The notes under the pieces are model-generated. The model saw only the letters and a program-made list of their open reading frames with translations, had not been told where the DNA came from and did not search any database. Shown piece after piece: positions 26,401-37,800 of a DNA stretch of 64,000 nt. Both the position numbers and the translations under genes were made by a program. The DNA comes from Geosiphon pyriformis uo1. Taxonomy: Eukaryota; Fungi; Glomeromycota. Within the stretch, counting starts at the first letter, position 1; the number at the start of each line of letters is the position of its first letter. Location of the stretch: positions 561,222-625,221 of the forward strand of contig JAAOMT010000659.1 of assembly GCA_016748015.1 (NCBI GenBank). Direction: 5' to 3'.

Positions 26401-29200
26401 GAAAGGCTCATCAATTTTTCTGCCAATTGCTTCAAGAAAATGTTTGGCAATTACACTAACAGATAATCTACTGTCTAGGATCAGATTAATGAAGTAACCA
26501 GCCACTTGGGCTTTACAAATCAGAGAGGTAACATTGCTGTTATTAGCAAGTCCAGCTTGGCGAGGACATTTGTTGGTCTTTGGTGTCTTCTTCTTTGGTA
26601 TCAATAATTTATGAAGATCTTTTCTAAACTGTAGATGGGTCATTAGTTAGCCAAATGTAATGTGTGTTGGGGTTTCTATAAAATCTTTAACAACAGAATA
26701 GGGTCCAAATTTTTGTACAATTTCTGAGGGTTCCAACTTTGGAGAATTTTTAAAAATCTTAGTCTTTGGTGGCTCATTGTTATCAGCAGATAATTTGGAT
26801 GCTTTATTTGGGTTCAAGACAAAATCAACCTTGGCTTTCTTTTTCTTTCTGGTTGATTCAGAGGTGTTGATTGCTAGTTCATCCATATCATGATCATCAT
26901 TAATTAGATTAAAAGCATAAAAAGAGTTTTCTTCTAGTTGGTTTGTACTCTCACCCTTTGGAGGTGTGCCTACCAGTTTAAAGGCTGATAAACAGTAGCT
27001 TTAACTAAGAGATCCTCTCCAAAAAAATTGATGTTGGCATGATTGGGTCTTTGATTGGAAACATTATTATTGTTGGGTCTGTTATTCTGGGTATCATTAT
27101 TTCTGGGAGCTGGAGAAGACAATAGAGGATTGTTACAGTCTTTGGAAAAGAATCCAGTTAGTTCACAGTGATAGCACACAGGTGGGCCATGATTTTGTTG
27201 TCTTTGATATGATGATTGCTAAGGCTGATTGAAACAGGGTTCAAATCTGGATCTTTGGAATTGTTGGTTGTCTCTGACTGCTTGGGCTAATGGTTCTAAT
27301 AGCCAGACAAAATTAGCTGTAAGTTTATCTATTAACTGTTCATTTGGATCATGAGTTTGGGCAGCAAAAGAGGTAGCAGCCATTTGGGGAGCAGAAGCAA
27401 AAACTGGAAGTGTGGATCCTAGGTGCATTCTTTGATTGTCTTCTATTCTTTGAGCAAGTTCAATGGCCATATCTATTGTGGGATTATCTTTCAAGGCCAG
27501 GAGGGGCCAAAGAGCATATGATAGATCAGTTCTCAGTCCTTTTGTGAAGAAATGTATTTTCTGCTCTTCTGTCCAATTTCTTTCAGAGTCTATCTATTTA
27601 ATGAGTTTTTTTATTGCTTTGACATATTCTGTTACAACTTCATCAGGGCCTTGAGTTCTTTTTTCTAATTCCATATGCCATTTTGAAATTAAGATAGAAG
27701 TTCTAAATTTTGTTTCAAACTGGGTAGTAAAAGAGGTGTTGTCTTCTCCAGCATTTGCTGGTGCCCATCTAATGATTTTTTGCTGAACATTGGCATTGGT
27801 TTCTTGTAAGAACCAAGTAGCAGGAGAGCCTTGAAGGTAGCCACCAACAATTTGGAACTTGTATTCATTATCATATTGGTTTGCTGTGGCAGCTCTCTCA
27901 AAATTATCCAGCCATTTGATTGGATCTTAGGCATTACCTTTGAATAACAATAATGGTGTGTTGTTTTTTTGTCCTAAAGCAGTCTGTATACCTTAAAGGA
28001 CGATCAAAATGTTTTGTTACAGAGGGTCTTGAGCCATTGGTTCAGGTGTAACTGTTTATGTGGAGTGTTCTGATTCACTTGAAAAGAGATCAAAAACAGG
28101 AGCAGTTTGATAGCTTTCTTCTTCTGTTTCAAGAGAAGTTTCTGTTGATTGATAGGCAGCAATCCAAATGTGGATTTGATAATTCAAATATTCGAAATCA
28201 GGAGGCTGTTGTTCAAAGATTGTAGAATATAAGAGCTAATTGATACTGTTGTTTCTTTCTTTAAAGTCATCTTCAAGATAAGCTTGGTCAAAGTAATAGA
28301 TTGTATAAGCTGTGTAAGTTTCAGCTGAATGCTCATTCAGAAACCAGTTCCAAAAGTCTTAGAATTGTCTGCTGGATTGTTTTTCAATGGGAAAGCAAAT
28401 CAAGCAGGAGAACAAAAAATTGAGTTCAATAAAGTCTAAATTATTTTTGTTGTGTGTTTCAAAGTGTTCTTTTGATTGTTGTGGCAGATATGAATAATCA
28501 CTCATACAATAAGAAACAAAGTGGATTTTGACAACCTCACAGGAAGCACCACTTTTATGGTATGGATTGGAGTAACAAGCTAATGGATAGCAAGGGAGAA
28601 CAGAATTGTAAGGTAATAGAAACAATTAAAGGGAATTCAACTTCAATGAGTGAATTGAATAAGTATGAATTCAATGTGCAAGATTAGTCTCATAAAATAT
28701 CTCAGTTGCTATTCTTTTCAAAGATAACCAGGGAATTTGAAGATAGAAGAATAGTCTATACTGTCAACAAATGATCACACCTGGTATAATTCTATGCTTC
28801 ACATCAGCACTCTTAGAATTCAATATCAGGTATCAGATGTACTCTTCAGTCACATTTTATTTAATAATTTTCAAATGCTATAATTACATGTTTTAGGAAA
28901 AGGGTAGGAAATAACTAACAAATAATTTTTTATCTTTAAGATGTTCAGATACTTGAAAGTAGGGAAAGGGAAATTAGTGATAAAAGAGAGATTAAGATGA
29001 AAGTTGTTATTTTATTTATTTTATTTCCTTGATTTCTTCATGCTTTTCTACAGCTAAGAGATTCATTACTTATATAGCTATTAAAAGTAGTCAATAGTCA
29101 GGTTAATGATCACTTACTAAAAATAGAGTGGCTAATTTATGTGACATTAGTGGCTAATACATGTAATAATTAATAAGAAGTATAAGTTTCAACCATAACA
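23413..29200 (-). mobile_element. Gypsy-1 copy W, 3'-truncated (5' LTR 28558-29200; ends inside integrase at V)
   Basis: LTR, PBS, gag, PR, RT, RH and IN N-terminal half fragments. Confidence 0.9.
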
Positions 29201-29675
29201 TTATGATTAATGTTAAAAAAGCATCTAGGATGCAGTGCGAAATCTATGCAAAAGAAACTGATTGATTGATTGATGAAGCACAAAGAAAATCAGTAGATAA
29301 CAGCAATGATAATCTAAACTTGATGTGGCTTACAATCAAGAAGACTGTACTACAAGCTGCTGATTGCCTACCAAAGAGGAAAGTAGAAGCCTGATCTGCA
29401 TACACAAAGAAAGAATGCATGAATCACAAGCTTGTTAAGATTGTTGCTGATATAATCAAACATATAAGAGTAAACAATGCAGATATGCATAATAACAATG
29501 TTATGCAGTTGTTGGCTAAATGGAAACAGTTAAAACCTGAGGCAGTTAATACATATCTGATGACTCTTCCAAAGAATAAGCGTATTACAGAATTACTTAG
29601 TATTAAAAAAGAATACAGATCAACACTGTGTGCTAAAATCAGACTACAACAGCAGAAACAGATAGTGGACAATAT
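29201..29675 (+). pseudogene. LINE-b ORF2, post-endonuclease region (left half of the LINE split by X)
   Basis: ...NLNLMWLTIKKTVLQAA...QQQKQIVDNI continues in frame as IRRQQNFDLNKE after 55679 across the ATAT TSD. Confidence 0.8.
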
Positions 29676-30370
29676 TGTTACAGGTTGGAGTAACAAGCTA
29701 ACAGATAGCAAGAGAGAACAGGATTGTAGGGTGATGGAAATAATCAAAGAAGAATTCAACTTTAAAGAGCAAATTGAATGAGTATGGATTCAATATGCAA
29801 GATCAGTCTCATAAAATATCTCAGTCACTATTCTTTTCAAAGGTAACTGGGAAATTTGAAGGTAAAGGGATAGTCCATACTGTCAACAATTGATCATCAC
29901 TGGTATAATTCTATGTCTCACGTCAGTGCTCTTAGAATTCAATATCAGGTATCAACTTGTGCTTTTCAGTCACGTTTATTCAAATAATCTTCAAATGCTA
30001 CAATTATATATGTCAGGAAAAGGTCAACAAGTAATCTTTTATCTTTTAAGATGTTCAGATACTTAAAGGTAGGGAAAGAGAAATTAGCGATAAGAAAAGG
30101 ATTGAGATAAAAGTTGTTATTTTATTTATTCTTGATTATTCAGATGCTTGTTATTATATACTTTTCTACAGCTAAGAGATTCATTGCTTATATAGCTGTC
30201 AAAAATGGTCAATGATCAGGTCAATGATTAGGTCAATGATCAGGTTATTGATCAGGTCAATGATCAGGTCAATGGTCAGGTTAACGGTCAGATCATTAAT
30301 CAAGTCAATGATCACTTTCTAAAAATAGTGTGGCTAATCATATAACATCAGTGGCTAATACATGTAATAA

Positions 30371-31027
30371 CTAATAAAAACTATGAGATTCAACCATAAC
30401 ATCATCCTCTCTAAAGAGATTGAGCTCTGGCAAAATCAAACTATTTATAGGATATTCTAATTGAAAGGTTTTATCTAACTCAAAACTAACTAGTTTGTTA
30501 AAGTTTTTTGTGGATAAAGTGTATAGCACTTGAGGTGAAATGAGCTTTGTATCCAAGAGACCAAACATTTGTATAAGAGTTTTGGCTCTTCTGGCAATGG
30601 TTAAAACTCTTGGGACATCCAACCATATAATGCTCAAAATTTCCACTTGTATCTCAGAAGTTGTTTTCTTCATGAGCTTCATGTCTTCTATGATTTCACC
30701 AAGGTGACCATAGAGCTTTAGTTGTCTTCCATATGACAAGTTTTTGTCTATGGGCAAGATTTCTTTAATCATTTTTCCAATTGTGGTGAAAGGTACAAGT
30801 ATTGCTGCCATTATGCTTTCCAACAGATACTTATCCATTTTGCTACCAATTTTTTCTCTTCTGGTAGTTGTTTTTTTTGGTCTGATAACAGTATAAGTTC
30901 TACTGTTGTCAGTTATTGTGGTCTGTTTTCTAATAGTCAGGATAGCATTTGGATAGTTTTTGATCCAATACTCATAGAGAGTATAGAAAGCATTTTGAAT
31001 GTTTTGATCCAAAAAATAATTGTTCAT
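30371..31027 (-). CDS. Gypsy-1 ORF3, intact 218-aa protein of unknown function, ending inside the 3' LTR
   Basis: MNNYFLDQ...ELNLFREDDVMVESHSFY*, uninterrupted. True start inferred at 31027; the longer ORF-track call includes LTR sequence. Confidence 0.75.
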   Translation of the reverse strand: MNNYFLDQNIQNAFYTLYEYWIKNYPNAILTIRKQTTITDNSRTYTVIRPKKTTTRREKIGSKMDKYLLESIMAAILVPFTTIGKMIKEILPIDKNLSYGRQLKLYGHLGEIIEDMKLMKKTTSEIQVEILSIIWLDVPRVLTIARRAKTLIQMFGLLDTKLISPQVLYTLSTKNFNKLVSFELDKTFQLEYPINSLILPELNLFREDDVMVESHSFY

Positions 31028-31526
31028 ATCAATTGAAGATACTGTTACAGATTGGAGTAACAAACTAATAGATAGCAAGGAAGAACAGGATTGTAGGGTG
31101 ATGAAAATAATCAAAAGGGAATTCAACTTTAAGAGTGAATTGAATGAGTATGGATTCAATGTGCGAGATCAGTCTCATAAAATATCTCAGTCACTATTCT
31201 TTTTAAAAGTAACTGGAGAATCTGAAGGTAAAAAAATAGTCCGTATTGTCAACAATTGATTACTGCTAGTATTAATTCTATGCCTTTACGTCAGCACTTT
31301 TAGAATTTAATATCAGGTATTAACTTGTGCTCTTCAGTCACATTTATACAAATAGTCTTCAAATACTACAATTATTCAAACAAAAAAAGACCAACAAATA
31401 ATCTTTTATCCTAAGATGTTTGGATACTTAAAGGTAGGAAAAGGGAAATTAGCAATAAGAGAGTGATTGAGATGAAAGTTGTTATTTTTATTTATTTGAT
31501 TCTTGTCTGAGAGATGATTTTCTACA

Positions 31527-33995
31527 ATAAAAAAAACTCTTTTTCTCCTAAATTTCATGACCATGAATAGAGCTAAGAGTAAAAAAATTGCAAACATTAC
31601 TTTTCCTATAATAACTAATAAAGTTTTAACATGAGAGGGTCTCTCTGTTATTGAAGCAGCTAGACAAAACGTTCTGGCAACATTTCTTTTAAAAAATAAT
31701 AGTAATAAGCTGCCTTTAGCAGCTTCTGGTTCACTTTCTTCTCCTTTGGCTGGAAGTTCTTCTCCAGTCAAAGTTCCTTCAAAAAGATACACTTGGATTA
31801 GTCCCAGTGTTGTCTCTACCACTTCGAAAAGCCCAAAGATTTTTAATAACAGACCAGTCAACAAGTTGGTCTTTCCTGCTTTCACTACTTCCACTACTAC
31901 TTCTACTACTACTGCTTCACAAATGGCCACAAAAGTAAAAAATCCCAAAAAACAGCAGCAGGCAGTCGCAACTGCTATAGTCACACCAAACTCCTTTGTG
32001 GTTCCAGATGAGATCTTCAGTAAGATCTTTACAGCAGCAGCCAACCTTATTTCTGATATGGATGGCAACAGCAGCAGCACATCTCCCAAGATGGGCCAAG
32101 ATTAACCACTGGCTGTGTTGCCTGATGTGGTATTCTCTGGCAGATCATTGCCAATCCCAGTAGCAAAACAGTCCATCAATCCAGATGATCTCAAAAATTG
32201 GGCTAATCAGATGGAAATGGAATCAACTGTTCCCCTCCCAGTTTCTGGTGCATCTGATGCTAGTGCTTGGGTGAATGTGACTGAATGTCAAAGGTTCTCT
32301 GGTTGGGTGGCCTCCAATCTTGTACCTGGTGCTACATTTAAGATCAAGATGGCTTTGCTCAGTTTTTTGTTTCAGTTGCTGCCTGGTTGTATTGGGCTTA
32401 AATTTGTTTTACAAGATGCTGTCAAGTTGTTCTGTATAGAATTTGTGTCTCAGAAGTGTCTAAATGGTGCTACCAAAGTGGCCATTGGTGATGAAGTTTT
32501 TTTGACTATTCTTAAGATTACACAGTTTTCAGGAGTGGCCTTTGTTTCTTTCCCTTTTTTGTCAGTTGCACTGCGGGACATACTCTTGAGAGCCTCTTCT
32601 GATGACATCAAATCTGCTTTTGGCATTTTTGGTGTTGTCACTTCTGTTAAGTTAGAGTCTGCTGGCTTATGGCAATATGCTGTGATTAACTTTAAAGACA
32701 TTTCTTCTGCTGCTGCTGCTCTCTCTAACTGGTCTGTGTTGGTCAGGAAAGATAGTGTTAGGATTCTTCCCATTGCCAACCAAAAGGAGATTATCTTCTC
32801 AAGAGATGCTTTCAAAGCTAAGCTGATTAATCTTTTATTTGGCTGCACTGCATTTGAAATAAGTGATCTGGTCTCTTAAGTTGGTGGCTGTATGTGTTTC
32901 ATTCCCTGCTCCCCTGATTCCTATTGATGTCAATGCTTTGCTGTAATGACCTTTGATTCCTTGGAATTTTTAAATGCTGCTGTTTCAAAAACTGGTACCT
33001 TATGTGGCTGCTGCATCTGGTGGAAAACTCCTGGATGTCATCGCTGCTATAGATGTCAAAGTTTGGATTATTTGGCTGTGGACTGCAAGGTGTTGCCACC
33101 TCTCCCTCCCAAACTCTCTTCTAATTCTGCTGGTGGTCCCATCTTTTTCAAGTCATCTCTTGTTGGAACTAAATCTTATGCCAAAGCTGCCATCTCTGTG
33201 GTTCCTCCTGTTGCTGCTGCTGCTGATACAGGTTTGGCTTTCACTACCTCCCCCAAAGTTGTGGTGCCACTGTTGCCGGTTGCTTCCTCTGGTTTAGATG
33301 TTGCTATTAATGCTAGATTGGCTTCTCTGAAAACCCAACTTAGTGAACTGTCTTTGTTGATCAAATCTATAGTTGAGCCTGTGAGTTCTTTGGTTGCATT
33401 GGTTACTACGTTATTGTCTACTCCACCAGTTATGGCAGAGGCAATAAAGGAAAGTGTGATTGGATTGGGAAACCAAATTGAAGCTGTTTGTGCTGTGGCT
33501 TCTGTGCTGCAAAAAAGTGGGGGCTCTCAAGTTGAGGAGTGGGAAAGTACACTATAACTTATCTGATGATAATAACATGGATGATAATAATGATGATGAT
33601 GATGATAGTGAGGCTAAAGATTTTTCAGTCTATGATGATACATTTGATTTGATGATGGAGTTATGGGAGGTTCAATCCTCTAATATCAAGTCTGATCCAG
33701 ATCAGATGGCTAAGTGGATGAGCAGTCTTGTTAAGAGTAGTCATGAACTTGTATGCATTATGGGTAAGATGTATGAATAAGATATGTTTAATACATTAGA
33801 TAGCAAAGGTAGTACTAGCGTGTAGTTAGGGCTTTCTGCTTGTGGTTAGCCGCATCTTGTAATTTGTATTATTGGGTGAGCTGGCTTTATGAAACCACCA
33901 CATTACTGTGAAATAACTAATAAATGACCAGCGTGGCTACACATTAACAAAATAAAAAATAAAAAATAAAAAATAAAAAAAAAATAAAAAAAAAA
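31527..33995 (+). mobile_element. ORF1-only non-autonomous element (type B), full length, LINE-b-type tail, poly(A), ~13-bp TSD
   Basis: TSD atgattttcta(c/t)a at 31514-31526 and 33995-34007; ~30-nt 5' UTR; single ORF; 3' UTR 33826-33938; A-rich tail. Confidence 0.9.
31557..33825 (+). pseudogene. ~755-codon ORF1-like protein: S/T/P-rich N-terminus, RRM-like domains, CCHC knuckle, coiled coil, acidic tract, C-terminal helical domain
   Basis: DDIKSAFGIFGVVTSVKL...YAVINF; FKAKLINL.FGCTAFEI; CYRCQSLD(H/Y)LAVDC; ARLASLKTQLSELSLL; ends GSTSV*. A few stops and one frameshift. Confidence 0.85.
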
Positions 33996-34207
33996 TGATT
34001 TTCTATAGCTATTGAAAGTGGTCAACGATCAAATCAACGACTAAGTCAATGATCAAGTCAATGATCAGGTCAATGATCAGGTCATTGATCAAGTTAATGA
34101 TCAGGTCAATGATCAGGTTAACGGTCAGGTCATTGATCAGGTCAATGATCACTATCTAAAAATAGAATGGCTAATTATATGACATCAATGACTAATACAT
34201 GTGATAA

Positions 34208-34864
34208 CTAATAAAAATTATGAATTTCAACCATAACATCATCCTCTCCAAAGAGATTGAGCTCTGGCAAAATCAAGCTATTTATCAGGTATTCTAATTG
34301 AAGGGTTTTGTCTAACTCAAAACTAACTAGTTTGTTGAAGTCTTTTGTGGATAAAGTGTATAGTACTTGAGGCAAAATAAGTTTTGTATCCAAGAGACCA
34401 AATCTTTGTATAAGAGTTTTGGCTCTTCTTGCAATGGTTAAAACTCTTGGGACATCTAAACATATAATGCCCAAAATTTCCACTTGTATTTCTGAAGTTG
34501 TTTTCTTCATGAGCTTCATTTCTTCTATGATTTCACCAAGATGACTATAGAGTTCTAGTTGTCTTCCATATGACAAGTTTTTGTCTATGAGCAAGATTTC
34601 TTTAATCATTTTTCCAATTGTCATGGAAGGTATAAGTATTGCTGCTGTTATGCTTTCTAGCAAATACTTATCTATTTTGCTACCAATTCTTTCTCTTCTG
34701 GTAGTGGTTTTCTTTGGTCTAATAACAGTATGCATTCTACTGTTATCAGTTATGGTGATTTGTTTTCCAATAGTCAGAGTAGCATTTGGATAATTTTTGA
34801 TCCAATACTTATGTAGAGTGTAGAAAGCGTTTTAAATGTTTTGATCTAGGAAATAATTGTTCAT
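34208..34864 (-). pseudogene. Gypsy-1 ORF3 (copy Y)
   Basis: 657 nt, one internal stop. Confidence 0.8.
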
Positions 34865-37800
34865 GTTAATTGAAAATATCTCTGTTTTGGGAATGGTGCA
34901 TTTATTTATACTTGGTTTTTGCTGATCATTTGAGTCAGTATTACTACAACAGGTAACCAATCAGGTCGTTTGTAATATTTCTTGAGTCATGTGCCATAAA
35001 CAGTGTGATCATTAAAGATTGTTCCATATTGATCTTGTAAGATATAAGAACCATTGTTCAAAACTTTGTTGACTATAAAGAGTCTTTTCCATTGGCTAGA
35101 AAATTTATTACCATAAACATTGTTTCTGTCTGAACGGTATTCTAAAACTAAGTTACCAACACTTAAAGAAAGTGTTTTATAGGTTTTCTTTTTCTTAAGC
35201 TTCTCTTGAAATTGTTTTATCTTTTCAAAGGCAATTATCTGTGCTTCTACTAATGAGTCAAGAATGGTACCAAGTCTTCTTTGCAAAATGTCTTTGTAAT
35301 TCTCTATTGTTATTTCTTCAAAGAGTATTGTCTCAATGTCAGTTTCTATTGGTAGGGTTGTCATTTGTCCATAGAGTAGATAAAAGAATTCATAACTTGT
35401 TATGTCATGATTTACAGTTCTATAAGCAAACAAAGCTGAAGGCAGTACTTTGTCCCATAAGTTTGTTTCTTCACTGATTTTGGCTAGGGTTTCACATAAT
35501 GTTCTATTGAAACATTCCACTAGGCCATTTGTTTGGGAGTGATAAGAAGAGAAAAGTTTGTGATGTATTCCCATTTTTTTGCAAAGTTCTTCAACAAATA
35601 TACTGAGAAAAGCTCTTCCTCTGTCAGATAAAAGTTCTTTGGGGCAGCCATGGTGACAAATAATATCTTCATAAATGAAATTGGCTATTGAGACTGCTAT
35701 TTGGTCTGGAGTGACTCTTGCTTCTACCCACTTTGTAAGATAGTCGGTAGCTGTGATAATGTATCTGTTGCCATCAGGAGTTATTGTTAAGGGTCCAACA
35801 ACATCTATACCAATTCTGTCAAAGGGTTGACCAACAGAGATTGGATGGATATCTTCTTTGCGATTGGGTTTTCTTCTTCTTTGGCAGATATCACAGGTTT
35901 TGATGTATTCAGCAATGTCTTTTCCCAAGATAGGCCAATAATAGTGAGCTAGAATTTTCTGAATTGTTTTTGTTTTTCCAAAGTGTCCAGCTAATGAATC
36001 AGTGTGCATATTGTAGATCACCATTTCTCTTTCTTCAAATCTGATGACTCTCTGGGGGCAGTTAGGATTTTTTCTATTTCTTTTATAAAGTTGGTTTTGG
36101 CGAATCAAATAGAAATTTGATTGTTTGTGCAAATGTTCTCTTTGTTGTCATGTGTATTTCGGTGGGTATTGTCCTTTACCCAAAAATTCTATTAAGACAG
36201 AGTAGTTGTCTAAGTCCATTATCGTGTTTGTCAAAAGGAGGAATTACTAATAATTAAGTTGGTTTGGTTTGAGAGGGTTGTTCTGTCACTGGATAGTAAG
36301 TCTGAAGAGAACATTGGCATTTTGATGATTAGCTCCTTTGTGATATTGAATATTATAGTCGAATTCATCCAAGTGGAGTATCCAGCAAGTTATTTGTTTG
36401 TGTTCTAGCCTTTTTTTGTTGTGCAGCCAAACCAAAGCTTGGTGATCTGTTATCACCAAAAACTTCACACCAAGAAGATACTTACTCCAGTAACTGGTGA
36501 ACCATACTACTGCTAAGCATTCTTGTTCAGTGACTGAATAGTTTTGTTCTGCTGGGGAAAGGGTTCTACTGGCATAGGCTATGACATGTTCTTTGCCATC
36601 TTTATCTTTCTGAGAGAGAACAGCACCAAGTCCAAAGCCAGATGCATTAGTGTGGAGGATAAAGGGTCGATCTAGATTAGGTTGCTTGAGGATGGATTCT
36701 GTAACCAGTTTTTCCTTTAAGTTTCAAAGGCTTTTTGCTAATGTATTCCCCAATGGTAATTGACATTTTTCTTAAATAGCTGATTGAAAGGAGAGGCGAT
36801 TTTGGAGAAATCCTTAACAAATTTGCGATAATAAGAGACCAAACCAAGAAAAGAGCATAGTTCATGAATGTTTATTGGTTGTTTGATGTTTTGGACTTTT
36901 TCAACTTTGGCTGGGTCAGGAAAGATTCCATCTTTTGTGATAAGATAACCAAGGAACTGGGTGGATTGTCTTCCAAAAAAAGATTTGATTGGGTTGATCT
37001 TGAGGCCAGCATTTCTGAGGAGGTCAAAAATCTTTTGCAAATGTTCCAGGTGTTCATCCCAGATTTTTGAGTATACTATTATGTTGTCCAAATAGACTAG
37101 AACAAAGTTTTTTTTGACTGATTCAAATACTTTATTCATTAAGCATTGAAAGGTGAGAGGGGTGTTGGTGAGACCAAAAGGCATGACTGTGAATTCATAG
37201 ATGCCATACTTGGTGATGAAGGCAGTTTTTTTTCTGCTTTCTGAATCCATCTCTACTTGCCAGAATCCAGCAGTTAAGTCAATGGTTGAGAAGAAAGCAG
37301 CATCTTTGAATTGGTCTAACATTGCATCAATCTTGAGAAGTGGGTACATGTCTCTTTCAGTGATGGCATTTAATTGGCAGTAGTCAACACAGAAGTGTAG
37401 TGTTCCATCTTTCTTGGATATCACTACAACTGGAAAAGCCTATTTACTCTTGGTTTTTTGTATGAATCCAAGTTTTTTCATTCGGTTTATCTCTTTCTTG
37501 ATAAACTCAGCATTGTGCTGATTGGATTGATAAGGCTTCAAATAGATGGGTCGAGTTTCTCTGGTGGTGATGGTGTGTTGTATCACATGGGTACGTCTAG
37601 GGGTATCACCTTCTTTTGAGATAACTGGGCTATTTCTAGCCAGCAAATTTTCAATGTCTATTTTTCTTTTTTTTGGGGAAGGTTTTTTTTGTTCTACAAC
37701 TAGTGATTGGATTTCAAGTGGTGCATTCTCAAAGGACTTCTGTACTTCTTTCAATTCTTCTCTGGGTATCAAACTGATTGGTTCCCAATCTCTGTAATAG

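Noticed and set aside
12247-29204. TTAT 'TSD' around inverted LTRs at 12251 and 29200 as one large element
   Set aside because: The outer flanks are unrelated (LTR fragment vs LINE-b) and both LTRs are 5' LTRs; explained by target preference.
29419-29781. ORFs containing VTGWSNKLTDSKREQ... (also 31020, 40599, 49830, 60643)
   Set aside because: Chimeric read-through into the antisense LTR end; variable length and start, not a gene.
30371-31027. ORF3 as an envelope gene
   Set aside because: Short, with no visible signal peptide, furin/fusion segment or transmembrane anchor.
31406-32089. Long antisense ORFs opposite the ORF1-only element (also 61976-62563, 32450-32848, 61250-61615)
   Set aside because: Most simply shadows of the S/T/A/V-rich sense ORF; no domain signal.
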